This document shows, piece after piece, positions 41,471 to 55,928 of a DNA stretch of 64,000 nt. Source of the stretch: Octopus vulgaris (taxonomy: Eukaryota); contig OX597832.1 in the NCBI GenBank assembly GCA_951406725.2, forward strand, positions 8,184,001-8,248,000. Direction: 5' to 3'. A program made the position numbers and the translations under genes. Within the stretch, counting starts at the first letter, position 1; every line of letters starts with the position of its first letter. Under the pieces are notes generated by a model, which worked only from the letters and a program-made list of their open reading frames with translations, made no database searches and was not told where the DNA came from.

Positions 41471-42924
41471 TTTAGTTCTAAGTCTTCTCTGATAACGGTA
41501 ACACAGGATCAAAGCTTTTCCAAGCATCAATAACTCTTCGTTTCTTCAGATGTCTACCTCCACATGATCTGATGTACTATGTTGCTTCTTCAGAGAGAAA
41601 TACTCAAATATCTCGCGAGATGTATTTTCTAATAGTCAGTCTATTAACCTCAAGGCCTTCCCGCGTTTGTCTGTCGCGCCATTGAGAGTTGTAGTAGTAG
41701 TAGAAACAGCAGCAGCAGCGACTGTTGTCACAGTTCCTTTTGTAATAGAAGTCTCGTAAATGTCTTCACAAATTCAAAACAATTTCCACATAGGACAGTC
41801 GAATTTTCCACAATTATAAGTGATTATCATTTATTCTCAAAAGAGAAAAAAATTTCGCTGGAACAAAGAACTTGTTTTTCGTTGACATATTCTTTGTTGA
41901 CCGAGACATCCTAGAACTAATAGACCCCTGTACAATAATAATAAATGTATAAACAGCAACACCAACAAGAAGAATAATGATAAAACCAGTAAGAGTTGTT
42001 CAGATTATTCTTATGTGTGTGTTGCAAATCATGTTATTCATCTCATCTTCATTTCGAAAGAAAATATTTCAATAATTTGTATTGATATACGTTATACAAC
42101 GGACAATTTTTCCCTGGGTATTTTCGAAATTATTGAAATATCTATCGTAAATAGATAAGGAAATCCATATATCTGTTGAATGATTGAAGTGAATGATGCT
42201 CTTTTCAAATTCCTACAATTCACAAAGAAAAAGAAAACACAAAAAATGAAGGAAAATAACTTCCACCAATCGATACATGATTGAACAGGTCATTATTATC
42301 TGTTATTTTTTTTTCTTTTCTCTAAACTAAAACATATATTTGTGTTGTTAAGCATTTTTATCCCTGCAGTGTTTTATTCGTTTTATCAATAAGCAAACAT
42401 ATAGAAACAATGCATATATGTAGGACCTTTCATATAAAAATAAATGCCATTTTCTTTAGCCAAGTATTTTGAAACTAATGTTTATGAATATTTATTTGTT
42501 TAGTTGCTTCTGTGTTTTTGGACAAAAGAATGTTATTTGAAGAGGAAGAATGCATTCATTAATGCAATACGTTATTCATTCATACATTCATTTCATATAT
42601 TTTGAAATAAAAATAAAGAAATTGCATATGCATAGAATTACAATATATTAAAAAAAAAGCAGTCGTATTAAGAGTATCAATCAGCATTATAGTAATATTT
42701 TAGCAGAAACAATGACTAAATGTATGGAGGTAATGGTAATGAAAGCAAGTAAAATATATGAAATACCTAAATAAACTAAAATAACCTGAAATATAGAGGC
42801 ATACAGTAAATGAAGAAAGAAAATATTAGCTAACAGTAGGAACAAGATGGAGACAGCAATACTTCAGAATAAGATGTGAATGCTTATGCAACAGAGGCCA
42901 TTTCGAAGACAAGTAAGCTAACAC

Positions 42925-42971
<47 letters not shown>

Positions 42972-43257
42972 TAATAATAATAATGATGATGATGATGATA
43001 ATAAATGCAAAGGAAAAACTCTACGACGAAGATTATAGGACTTGCGCACACAAAACATCCATTATATGTCACAATAACTCAGTGAACATATATTGCGTTG
43101 GATACAGTCAATGTAAAATAAAAATCATCCCCCAACCAAACGACGAAACATATGGATATTATGAACACTCTATTATACTGAGACATGGTTATGCAGAAAG
43201 CATACGTCGTCGTAATAATAGAACTATGAATCTACAAGAATCACAACAACAGCAACG

Positions 43258-43473
<216 letters not shown>

Positions 43474-44011
43474 CTGGTAATAATAACTTTCAAAGCAATG
43501 GAGGCGTTGTAACATTATGTAAGGTGTGAGATCGAAATACAGAAATAAAGAAGAAATGGATTTGAAGATATAAATATAAAGAATAACGAAATAACAACAA
43601 AACAAAAAATGGAAGTAAATAGACATTCTTGGCCAAGTTGCATAAAACAGGTGCAGGCATATTCGTTGCTGAAAATAGACGCCAAAATACTTGGTAACAA
43701 AAATCATATTTATTCAGGATTCTTGAAATCTTGAACCGAATATAGAAAACCACTCCCAGCATTGAATGAAGGAGGTTTAAGTAGAATGGAAGGAGAATGC
43801 TGTTGCTGTAAATGATTCATAATAGTGTTTTAAGAAACACAATGGCATATTGAGATATGATAAGCAGAAAAAATATGCACGGCATATTATATCAAAGTTA
43901 CAAACATAGAAATGTATGCGCCAAGACACATATTCACACATGTCATTCATATATGCACATTTACGTGCAGACAGTTGCATTTAACTGCATACATATGGCA
44001 GTGTATACCTT

Positions 44012-44097
<86 letters not shown>

Positions 44098-44099
44098 TA

Positions 44100-45176
44100 T
44101 TGATCACCCCATAAATAATGCGGTTTTTCCAATTGCATGAACTAAAAGTCGAAGGGGAAAGGGATAAACTACCTGTATCAACTTGTTATAGAAGTAGGTA
44201 GTAATTTTACCTTGTACTTATTCTTAGTGCAAGTTTTGAAATGTGTAGTTCGAGTTTAACAGTTATTTTTCCAAAGCTATAATGGAAGTGACAAAGGAGC
44301 ATATTCGGTATATTTTGCTTTATGAGTTCAATAAAGGCAACAACGCAACAGAATGTGCGAGGAATATTAATGCAGTATATTAATGCAGTTTACGGAGCTC
44401 GGACAATAAGCGTAAGCCATTGTCAACGGTAGTTCCAAAAACGTCGAGCTGGAAACTATAGCCTAGAAGACAAGCTAATGGTCTTCTTACAAACTTTCCG
44501 AGTCTAAACACGCGTAGAATGTGAATGTGCGCTCTTCTTTGCAGTCACGTCTCACGAATGAAACTTTTTTCGGGCCGAATAGTGACTGGTGACGAGAAAT
44601 GGGTTCTCTATATAAATGTCAAGCACCAATGGATAAAAGACAGTGCGTAGGGAAAGGAAGTAACGTAAGATGTTGTTATCTGTCTGGTTTGATATGAAAT
44701 GTTTAGTCCACTTTGAATTTTTAAACCTAAAACAAGCAATACCAAAGGAGTTCTACTGCGAGGGTAAGTCAGTGTTACAATCAAAGTGACCATGTTTGGT
44801 TTCAAGACGAAACGTGTTCTTCCATCAGGATAATGCTCGGCAACATACTGCTCCAAAGGCTGGAGCAATTTGAATGGGAAATGATGCCCCATTCACCATT
44901 TTTGCCGGACATTGCTCCAACTGATTATCATTTATTCTGCTGTCTTGAAAATCATTTGGACGCCAAAATATGAATTCTGTAGACGAGGTACTGAAAAAAT
45001 TATTTTCGTCACGGACAAGTGAATTTTGGAAGAAGGGCCTTCAAAATTTACCAGGGAGATGGAAGTGTATTGTAGAAAATGAAGGAGAGTACATTTTAGA
45101 TTAAAAAAGAACTTTGTTTATTCCAATTTTGAAAAATAAAAGTATAAAAAACCGCATCATTTATGGGATGATCCAA
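44100..45176 (+). mobile_element. Decayed mariner element with transposase pseudogene
   Basis: TIRs TTGATCACCCCATAAATAATGCGGTTTTT and AAAAACCGCATCATTTATGGGATGATCCAA, inserted in (TA)n. Translates MEVTKEHIRYILLYEFNKGNNATECARNINAVY (from 44282), VTGDEKWVLY, FHQDNARQH and HSPFLPDIAPTDYHLF, with frameshifts and deletions. Confidence 0.93.
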
Positions 45177-45429
45177 TATATATATTTACATTTACATACA
45201 CACACACACACACACACATATATGTATATATATGCATATACTAATGTGCTAAAATGTCAAATACAAGTGTAATCAAATGCATATACGCAGACAGAGGAAA
45301 TTGGATTAAAAACAAATAACAAATGAACACGCCCATAAACTCATATATGAATGTGTGTGTGTGTGTGTGTGTGTGTATTTTAGTATGCGTATTTTGTATC
45401 GAAAGCAGAAAGGTGTTATTTTATTATAT

Positions 45430-45900
45430 TTCGTAAACATCCTTTTATCCATATCTTCGTATGAGTTTCTTGTAGTTCGTCCGGAACTTATGCTATCTGC
45501 AAACGATTTTTAACTTTTCTAAACCGTTATAGGGTCATCTTCAGGTGAATATTATCCTTGTGTCTACTGTTGCCAAGGCCCACACAGGCTTAATGTTAAC
45601 ATATTAAATTATCCACGACATGATGTTCTGACCGTTAAATTTTGTATGCCCTCAGATGCTTATTTATAACAAATGTACGTTACCTGTATGATTCTTTTAG
45701 CATTATAATGCGTTATGTCATCACCTTCATATATTATGTAGAGTATAGATGTGTTCTGCGCTAATACTTTCCTATATATGTTGTTTTAGTTCTGCGGTGT
45801 AGAGTATTAGAACGTTGTTCTTTGTTGTAAGTGCATATTGAATCAATGGTAGAGAGTTAAACTGTTTTGACCAAAATAACGCTCGGAATTTGGAAGTTTG
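45430..45900 (-). mobile_element. Possible Penelope-like 3' relic
   Basis: Minus strand has CTGAAGA-TGACC-CTATAAC-GGTTTA-GAAA (hammerhead-like core, ~45545-45515) downstream of a weak ...KQHI...SAEHI segment. Confidence 0.3.
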
Positions 45901-46376
45901 CAGCCTTCTAGCCTACAATCGAACAAAGCATACACTTTATTTATAACTAGTCAAACAAATAAACAAACCAGATATCGAATCAGTCAGCGAAAAATAGATC
46001 TTCACAAATATGTCAAATAACACATCTATGAAAATAGACAAACCAAACAGAAGTTGTATCGTATGAATGAAATGCATACAAACACCGGAGCAGATATCAA
46101 AACGGCAAAAAGAAGAAAAAAAAAACGAAATAAAAAAATGTATCGCACGAAGCCATAAATTGACATGAATAATTTGCTAGAGAGCTATAAAATGAAAACG
46201 AATCACAAACCTAGAAACCAGTTCCTCTTTAAGTTCTAAGTTCAAATCCCTCGTGGATCGATAAATTGATGGACAAACCCTGTGCTGAGTTTATTGTTAT
46301 CAATTAACGCGTCCCCTCAAATTTTCTGGGTCTGTTTCTGTATCAGAAACAGTAATAAAAGCTGCTGCTGCTGCTG

Positions 46377-46441
<65 letters not shown>

Positions 46442-46899
46442 GCTGCTGCTACTACTACTATTACTACTACTACTACTTCTACTACTAACCGCTGAGTGTG
46501 CTGAGCACTTTTAGACTTTATTTGAGAGGTACTATTACTGAACATTTTGAAACGTTTACTCTGTACCAAATATATATATGAAATGACCTCGCTTCTAGTA
46601 AGGTCAGTTCTTGCTTGATATTGCCAATTATATTTTACTTTCTAGCTACAGATTTTGCTTTCCTTTCCTTCTTTTTCTGTTTTTTCTCTTTTCTTGTAAT
46701 GCTGTAATTTATAAGGTAACCCTTCCAAAAGAAATGTCTTTGAATAAATGCAAATAAATTTCAAAACGTGTGAACTGAACAAACAAAGCAGTTGTGTCAT
46801 AAGAATCGCGGGTTCCCATCAAAATTGAAAAGGCAGCAAACGTTTTATAAATCTTTTTAAATCATTGTATACTGTAGCCATTATACTCGCACGTGTTCA

Positions 46900-47245
46900 G
46901 TCCACTGTTGGATGAATGTCGCAGTATATTCTCTCCACCGCCCGCGGTCTAATGCTCTCCTCACCCATGTTTCAAGCCAAAGAATCTAGCACAATCTTTA
47001 TTCCAACTTCTGCGTGGTCTTCCTCTTCTTTTTCCTGCACGTGGTCTCGACACTGTGAATTTGGTATTCCATCTATTGTCCCTTCATCTAAACCTATGTC
47101 CCGCAAAAAGCAATTTCAGAGATTTTATCTTCCAGATAACATCCGTTAAATATGTTGCGACACTTACCCTGTTGTTTCTCCACTATTCCATTTTGTCGTT
47201 CTCCAGCATTTTCCTTTGCATATTCTTTCTCTTGCTCCTTTCGAA
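46900..47245 (-). mobile_element. RTE-clade LINE 3' fragment
   Basis: Minus strand translates MQRKMLENDKME*WRNNRVSVATYLTDVIWKIKSLKLLFAGHRFR*RDNRWNTKFTVSRPRAGKRRGRPRRSW, then ALDRGRWR in another frame. This is the typical RTE ORF C-terminus (WAGH...DNRW...RGRP..W). Confidence 0.8.
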
Positions 47246-47260
47246 ATTCTTGTTTATTAA

Positions 47261-47470
47261 GGCGGCAAACTGGCAGAATCGTTACCGTACCAAGCCATAT
47301 GCTTAACGGCAATTCGCCCGTCTTTACGTTCTGGGTTCAAATTCCTCCAATGTCGACTTTGCCTTTCATCCTTCCAGGGTTGATGAAATAAGTACCAGTA
47401 GAACACTAGGGCCGATTCAATCGACGTACCCCGTCCCCGAAATTGCTGGCCTTGCCCCAAACTTTGAAAC
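47261..47470 (+). mobile_element. SINE family A
   Basis: GGCGGCAAACTGGCAGAATCGTTA...GGTTCAAATTCC...GTCGACTTTGCCTTTCATCC...AAGTACCAG. Confidence 0.82.
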
Positions 47471-47976
47471 CTATATCCTTGTTTTATAGTCGATGTTTCT
47501 CATGCATCGGCAACAGTTGGCAGCACAGAGTAGTTGAAGACTTGTCTTTTTAAACACATGGCTAAATTACTGCTCATGGCGTGATTCAAGTTTACCAGCA
47601 GTTGCCCATCTTAAGAGCATTCGTTGTTCAAAAGTATTTCTGATTTTTATCCTTTATCCTTATCATTTGCCCAAGATCGGTGGATTGGTTTACATGTTCA
47701 AATATTTCATCATCTGTTACTAGATTTCCAAACGTGAGAACCTCCTTGACTATTCTATGTGATTAAGTTATTAATAATATCTAGTTTCCATGAAATTAAA
47801 ATCCTTTTTTCAACAACGAAAAATAGAAGGGGAAATGAAATATCCCTCCAGTACACTTGGTTATTGGAGTGAAAAAAATCTACTGGAGTCCTTCGGCTAT
47901 TTTTCTGCTTCTTTGTGTTCTAAATTCAAATCTCAGCATGATTTACGTGAGTGATATGCATAATCAGTTTTCCTAC

Positions 47977-49192
47977 CTTACTGTAACTCCTGGCAAATTT
48001 AATATATGTAACTGTTTTCACGTGGTTGCGTTTGGACCAGATATCTGGTTTCCTTGGGAATAATTTATTGCCACAAATTTTGTAAAGAGACATGGTTATT
48101 ACTGCCTTTCCTGAAGCAGAGATAAGAAACGCACGTGTATGTGTGTCTATAATTTCTTACAAATGCGGTTTCCTAAAATGATATATTAGTTGCATGGTTA
48201 GGGTCTCGTGAAAGATCTCTTTCCGAGAATATACATGTACCTTCGATTGCAAAACTATTCTTTACATTTTCTCTTTGATTTGCAGCAATATATGTAAATG
48301 AAAATGTTTCCTTTTGTCTTAAGTACAAATATAACGATGCATTTCAAAAGTTCTTATGTATTCGAGGTAAAGCTACGTGTGCGTAAACTAGACTTCAGAA
48401 TTTTTTGTAAATCTTCTGACTGACAAATTTAAGTAATTGTTTGTCATTAACAGTTTATGCTTCCAAATGTAGTTTACACAGAGCAAACAACAAAACAAAC
48501 AAACAGACAAGCAAACATTTAAGCAACAAGATAAACAATATAATATACTCTACTAGAATGTATCTGCTTTGTAGGCTAGGAGGTATTTTCGAAAAATGGG
48601 GTCCTCGGAGGGTCATTTAATGATATATGTATATCTAAAAATGCCAGTTCTAGTCACGTGAAACGCACTCAACAGTTATTCATGTGATGGATACCTCTGT
48701 CCACTGAGAAGCATTTGAAATTATTGAATTAAATAGAATGGTTGAGGTTATTGAATTAAATCTCTCTATCACTACCATTGTTATTGCGCTTAACTTGAAT
48801 GTTTATTTCTTCATTTGGCCATAATTTAAGATCTATTAACTTGAGAAGCAATCTTGCAAATGGAGCTGAAAATGAAACTCACGAAATCTTTCAACTTCAC
48901 AACGTTCTTGTCTTGGCCTTTGTTTTACTGAAGTTCTTCTTTGTTTTTACTAGCGTTGTTTTTGTTCTTCGTTCAACAACGTACAACCAAGTGCTTGATT
49001 TTATTCCTCCGTGCATTCCCCTTCAGCTGAAATTTTGTCACATGTTCGTACATCAAAATAACTCTAAAAAGTAAATTTTCTCCAGTAGCGTTGTTACATT
49101 AGACTTAAGTTTCATTTTTTATGACAGACGCAAAAAGTTTCATGTATGCACGAAATAGCACCAACAATTTAAAATAACCTCATTTCACGTAC

Positions 49193-49237
<45 letters not shown>

Positions 49238-49488
49238 CTCTCTCCTCTCTATCGCCCCAATCTCTCATACACACGCATACACACGGACACATAATTCTGC
49301 TACATTTATTGATTGTTATTTCCTTTCCGTTTGTGCTAGCAAGCAGCAACATCAACGAATGTTAGAACACTTACCCGCATCGCCACGAAAATGTGCGCTT
49401 CGGTGCAGTGAGCTGTTTCTTCTGATTTGAGATTTCGTTAAGTTTTACATTTCTTCTCGTGTAAATATTTTTGAACTTCCATTGTACT
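47977..49488 (-). other. Candidate spliced transcript 5' end: exons ~49488-49375, 49063-48883 and 48110-47977
   Basis: Donors GG|GTAAGT (49374), TC|GTGAGT (48882) and AAG|GTAGGA (47976). Acceptors TTTTTAG| (49064) and TTTCTTATCTCTGCTTCAG| (48111). TCAGT Inr-like motif at 49490-49486. The third exon has ACC-ATG and reads MSLYKICGNKLFPRKPDIWSKRNHVKTVTYIKFARSYSK open to the donor. Confidence 0.35.
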
Positions 49489-49799
49489 GACGTTCAGTAA
49501 CGTTTTAACTCTATCTTACAGTTTCATTTCAACAATATTTTATACACACACACACACTCACACACGCACATTAACACACACACAGGCACACATGTAAACA
49601 CACACAGACACGCGCACACAGTAATACCCACGCACACATACACAAAACACACAAACCTATAATATCAACCACCTGATGACTCGTTCGGTTGCCAGCCGAA
49701 CTTCCACACGCGAAAAGTATTACAATATTTATCTCGTCTGCATGATTCCCATTCGTTAAGGTGTGTTGTGCTATCAGGAATGTAGCAAGTTCTAATATT

Positions 49800-50022
49800 G
49801 GTTTCAAATTTTGGCCCAAGGCCAGTAAGTAATTTCTGGGGAGGTAATTAGTCGATTATATCGACCCCAGTTTTCAACTGGGACTTAGTTTATAGACCCC
49901 CTAAAAGAAAAAAAAAAAAAATGAAGTCGACCTCGGCGAATGTTGAACTCATATCGTAAAGACGGAGGGAATACTGCTAACCACTTTGTCCGGCATGCTT
50001 AAAATTCTGATAGCTTGCTGCC
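49800..50022 (-). mobile_element. SINE family A (degenerate)
   Basis: GTCGATTATATCGACCCCAG...GTCGACCTCGGCGAATGTTGAACTC...GCC|TTA. Confidence 0.75.
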
Positions 50023-51819
50023 TTAAAACGAAGTTCTAGTATTGGTAAGTGGAATACTATTGTGTAAGAGGCCTTTCATCGGGCCAGACTTATCATCATG
50101 GAAAGATTATTACGTAATATTTACTGAATTTGATAATTCTAGATTAGAATCAGTAGTGTTTGATTGTAAGGTCAGAGGAAATTCCTCTGGTGACAGCAAT
50201 TAAATGATATCTTTGATCTCCGAGCGAGTGATGAAACGGGTTGATTTAATATATGAAAATTTTGTATTTCGCAAATCAAACAGCTTCGAGAATCAAAGGA
50301 GTTTGGAGAGATTTTATCAGAAATAATCTGTTATTGATGAAGAATCCCCAGAATCGGAACATGAATGCAGAATTTTATATGTCTCTTTATGTGATTGTAT
50401 GTAGATGTTAATAATACTTCTCAGAATGTTCGTAGTGTGCGCCGGGTGATAATTCTCTCGTCCCGCCAGGTCAGGTATTTTATAGATGTCCGATATCATC
50501 AAAATGAATTCAACCACAAAACTGAAAACCAATACGAAACCTTTAATCCACAGCCATACCCTCTTCCACTACAATTCCAATACCACAACTATAAATACCA
50601 ACACTACACGAGGCAAGAATGTAGACCTGTATAGTCCAGAAAAAATAGCAGACTTCCAATTTACTTCAAATCGTACCTTACTGTTTAAAAAAAATTAATT
50701 ATTAAACAATGTTTAAGTCAGAACCCGGAACCCAACTCAATTGTGGCTTCTATGGGTTTAAAGCAGAAATCTCTTTATTTAGTGTGCACAAATTTTTCAG
50801 TTACAATTTGGTTGTTGAGGTAAAAGTAGCTAATTCCGAAATTGTTGATGGTTGTTGGATTCTTGTAATCTATCTTCGAAAACGTGTTAGAGATGTAAAG
50901 TTCTTTAATATATTGCGGTAATAACCAACTTCAGTTATCTTTAATCAGGTTTCCTTTCTCTTCATAGATCTCTCATAAATATGCGTGGTTCACTGTGTAT
51001 ACTAGCATCTCATTGATGTGTTGTCTAGCGAGGACATCTTAGTACTATAGAGCGGCTTTGTTAACAATATCAATGTCTGAAGACAGATGAGTCACTTTTC
51101 TTAAGGTTGCGCACTTCTTTAGTATGCTTCGGTTTGTAGTCGTAATTTATTAATGTATATAGTGCCAGCCGATTGATTCAAATAATGGTGTATTTCTGAT
51201 TAAGTAGGCTGTATACAAGAAGGTTGTAATCGTTAAGTTTGTACTAAAATATGATGAAATTAAACTCCTTAACTATTCTGCTCTCGGGAATTCTTGGATG
51301 CATAATAATTTGAAATTCATCTCTATTTCTGTCTTTTCCGGCTCCACATCCATAAAGACACAAACATATACCTATCTACATATGTGTGAGTGTGTTAGTG
51401 GATGTGTGACTCTATGTGTACGTACGTACGTTTGTTTCTGTGCGTTTATGAACATACAGCCATAAGAACATATATATAGGTTATATATACACATACATGC
51501 TTTCTTATGCTTATTTGTATAGGAAGTACTATGCGATGTATAATAGAATGTATAACAAGAGTGATGGTCACGTGGTTTATTTCGGAAATCATGAATCTCA
51601 GATTCCATTATCTATTTCATTATCATTTGTCTGTGATGTGTGACATCACGTGGATTGTACGACTACTTAGAGAATCCCATGACTGGATGCAACTTGTAGA
51701 CAAATAGTTAGTTCGTAAAATATAAACTTAAGCGCCATACACAGTTAGAGATTATCACAAAATGTTACAATTTGTAGCTTAAACGAATATTCGTATGTAT
51801 GTGTGTACATATGAGGATA

Positions 51820-51865
<46 letters not shown>

Positions 51866-52074
51866 AATACATACATACAAGAACACACACACACTCTCTC
51901 TCTCACACACTCACACATATATAATATATATTTATATGCGTTTGTATATATATGTAAATATATATATATGGATATATATCTATATAAATATATATATATA
52001 TACACACGCAAAATTTTAAATTAATAATAAAAAGATAAAATTTATCATTTAAAGGTAGCTGAACCCTAATTATA

Positions 52075-52129
<55 letters not shown>

Positions 52130-53369
52130 TACATACATATATACATGTACATATATACACACGCATATTTATATATGCGCGCGTGTGTGTTTAAAGATAT
52201 ATATATATACCGATATGCATATATACGATATGATTACACGAATACATATATTTTCAGTAATATCTGTCTCCTTGTGTCGACAAAATAAAAACAATCTGCT
52301 GTATAATGTTAGAAACAATAGATGAAGGTAGTATCGTATAATAAATAAATACATTTTATGTGTGTCTGCGATAAAGCAATAAATGACTATAACATATTGT
52401 ATAGGAGGCAATGAAACTAGCTGCTTGCTCACCTGATATCATTATCTGGAATCTTCTATTGATAGTATTTGTTGTTTTGTCTTATATGAGACACTAACAA
52501 GTCACTGCATCATATACTGAATTGCCAATACTAGTGGCCATATTTTAATATCTCTTTTTTTTCTTCTTCTTGTTTTACGCTTTGATAATAAATGCAGTAG
52601 CAACATCAAAGAAGCATCGCTGTTCTTTGTTTAGAAAGAAGCTACTAAGCGTACATTATGAAAAATAAAAACAACAACCTCATCTGTATAGTACTTCTGT
52701 GTTGGTTATAAAATGACATAACAAGCTACGACTAGCGTGACGAAGATAGTCAGCTATATGAGCCACGATGAACTAAATATATCTGACAAGTTAATATCGT
52801 GAGCATTACACAACGCAACGGAAATTACCGAAGCATTGTATGGACCGGAATACTTATCCGGTTCTAAATTTTAGCGACCCCGTGAGTGGTTGGTAAAAAT
52901 ATGAACCGGGTAAATACCTAGACGCATGAACTACACGCACACTCAGAAACCCTTACGTATTGTAAAAAAAGGAAACCGTTATTATTAGCTATAGTTTATA
53001 ACCTAAATATTTCGTTCTCATCCATGCATGAGTGTTACATGAGATTTTTGTATGTTGAATTCCTTGCCACAGTTTACTTAAACTGTATGCATAAAGATCA
53101 ACAGAAAGATGGAGACGATATTGAAAATGAAACGGTTTTATTCTTTACAGTAAATTTAAACTACAAGTTCCAACACATAAAAATATCAGCTAAATGTCTT
53201 TTATACCAAAGTGCTGCCCTTAAATGGGACATGAACATGAGAGCATGTAGTTCTCAATACAATATGTCTGAGAAATCAGGGATAGGTCGTGGGGGTTATT
53301 TGTGCAATGTATTTGTCATGGGTATACTCGATTACAAGATTGCCGAGTAAAATATCGGCTCCAAAATTT

Positions 53370-53776
53370 GACAGCAGCAGTTTCAAAGGAAGGGGTTAAG
53401 CCGATTGATTCGATCCCAGTGTTCAACAGGTATATCCCGAAAGGATGAAAGGTAAAGTTGACCCCGGTACCATTTGACCCACAACAGAAACACGGACGAA
53501 ATGCCGCTAAGCATTTTGCCAGGTGTGCTAACGATCCTTAATTCTTTATTACCCACAAGGGGCTAAACATAGAGAGGACAAACAAGGACAGACAAACAGA
53601 TTAAGTCGATTATATCGACCCCAGTGCGTAACTGGTATTTAATTAATCGACCCCGAAAGGATGAAAGGCAAAGTCGACCTTTCAAATACGGAATTTGAAC
53701 TCAGAACGTAACGGCACACGAAATACAGCTACGCATTTCGCCCAGCGTGCTAACTATCCTGCCAGTTCACCGCCTT
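53370..53776 (-). mobile_element. Two tandem/nested family A SINEs
   Basis: The older copy (53370-53537) stops at GCTAACGATCC and is directly followed by a younger copy (53540-53776) closely matching 24621-24840. Confidence 0.85.
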
Positions 53777-54804
53777 ACGTGAGTCTAAATATCAACAGCA
53801 ACAAATACAATAGCAACACCAAAATGCAGGAATGGTGCACATATATCCAAACGTTCTTATTCCCATTCTTCACACAATGCCATATTTACAACTGTTAAAC
53901 ATTTTAAAATCCATTTTAGAATAGATGGCGTCGCAGTTACATCTTTTGCTATGAATAAGTACATAAATCTTCATTTCTATATGTGTTTAGTTTCCATTCT
54001 TCAGCAACTTGGAACTGGGATGAAACAGACTCTTTTCCACATAATCAGTGCTCATTAAAATTCTCTCGATTCGCCACTCAATTTACAAGTGTTCTATGCA
54101 TTGTGATATTTATTAAGAACTTAAAGAGTTCCTTCCAGGCACAGTTTTTTTTTCTCTTTTTCTTTGCATTTCTTTTTCTTTCTTTTTTTTAAAAATGTTT
54201 TAATGTTTAATTTTGCCCGACATGTATTTATTCATATAATACTTTGCAATCATAATTTATTAAAGAATATATCAACGCTTTGGTGTCGGATGTAGATTAT
54301 TGTGTAAAGCTAATAAGTATATGATCCAAAGGCATAAAAAAAATCTATACACAAAATATGCATTTATGCTCATAAAAATATCATACATACATGTGTAGTC
54401 TGTAATCTGCCTTTTCAGCGTTCATATATCTAAGAATTTAAATAAAAAATAAATACTACTCATCTATCTACAAAAAAAAAATGCATATATACACATCTAT
54501 ACACATTGATTATGTAAAAAGTGTATATGTACATTTGCATTGACATGCGCAAGGATATGAGTACATATTTATATAAGAATGGATCTGCACCTGCAACGTA
54601 ATTACTTCATAAATATTATAAATCATATAAACTGTTGTACAGGGGCATAATGAACACGTAGTTTTAAATTTAAGAATAAGTACCTAAGATTGATGGGATA
54701 AGATGCTTATGAGTACAGGGTGGTGACAGATATTGAATATACATTAGGTTATCCAGACATTAAAGCTCGAAATTTCATAAAGTAAATATACATATGTGAA
54801 TATA

Positions 54805-55187
54805 GGCGCAGGTACGGCTGTCTGGTAAGAAGCTTGCTTCCGAAAAACATGGTTCTGGGTTCAGTTCCACTGAGTGGCACGTTCTGCAAGTGTCTTCGTT
54901 CCAACCAAAGCCTTGTGAGTGGATTTAGTAGACGGAAACTGAAAGAAGCCTGCCGTATATGTGCGTGTGTATTTGTGTGTTTGTGTCTGTGTTTGGCCCT
55001 CCACCATCGCTTGACAACCAATGTTGGTGTGTTTATGTGCCAGTAACTTAGCAGTTCGGGAAAAGACACCGATAGAATAAGTAACACGCTTATAAAGAAT
55101 AAGTTCATGGGACGATTTCTTCGACCAAAAGGCGATGCTCCAGCATGGCCACAGTCAAAATTACTGAAACAAGTAAAATTATAAAAG
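54805..55187 (+). mobile_element. SINE family B, full length
   Basis: GGCGCAGGTACGGCTGTCTGGTAAG...GGTTCAGTTCC...tail CTGAAACAAGTAAAA. Homologous to 20995-21392. Confidence 0.88.
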
Positions 55188-55607
55188 TGTATGCTTAAAT
55201 TTCGCTCTATCAAATTGTTGTACGTGTTGTCGAGAAAATACTGTTTCTTCCTTTATATTAACGAAATTTGTTATTGAGGGATGAATATTATACTTCTCCG
55301 TGATTCAGAGTTAGTATGTTATGCCTCGTCCATTGTACTTTCCAGCCCTTGCTCTAATACTCTAGTTCCTTAATGACTTTCCATATTCCTATCTTTCAAG
55401 ATTCATTACAATTGCGGACAAAGAAGTAGCGCTTTTTAAAATCTTGTCTCTGCATAAATTCTACGGTTGTGATTATCGTTTTTGAACAGTACACACACAC
55501 ACACACACACACACATACACACATACATACATGCATACATACATACATACATACATACATACATACATACACACACACATATGTATATATATGAACACAT
55601 ATATATC

Positions 55608-55928
55608 GAGAACGCCTTTGGTCATGAATGGCCATGGGATTGCACCTAGAAAGGTACAAGTCCGGGCAAGGTTGTTTATGGAAGGCCAGCAGTCGCCCAT
55701 GCATACCATCCTCCCCTCCCCACACCACTGGTGTTATCCAAGGGAAAAGCAAAGGGGCCGATACAGCTTGGCACCAGTGATGTCGCAACTCATTTCTACA
55801 GCTGAGTTAACTGGGGCAACGCGAAATAAAGTGTCTTGCTCAAAAACACAACACGCAGCCCGGTCCGGAAATCGAACTCAGAACCTCCCGATCGTAAGCT
55901 CAACGCTCTTATCACTGAGCCATGCACT
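55608..55928 (-). mobile_element. SINE family C (tRNA-derived)
   Basis: Minus strand: TGGCTCAGTGATAAGAGCG (A box), GAGTTCGATTTCC (B box), TTGAGCAAGACACTTTA (central domain); the tail runs into a microsatellite. Confidence 0.8.

Noticed and set aside
49670-49720. CTGATGA...GTTCGG/CCGAAC hairpin...GAAA
   Set aside because: Spacing is wrong for a hammerhead and there is no complementary stem I or III.
50200-51260. Possible decayed transposase or RT fragments (similar unique-looking stretches at ~28.9-29.2, 37.4-37.8 and 60.5-60.8 kb)
   Set aside because: No diagnostic motif could be read confidently; a translated search against TE protein libraries is needed.
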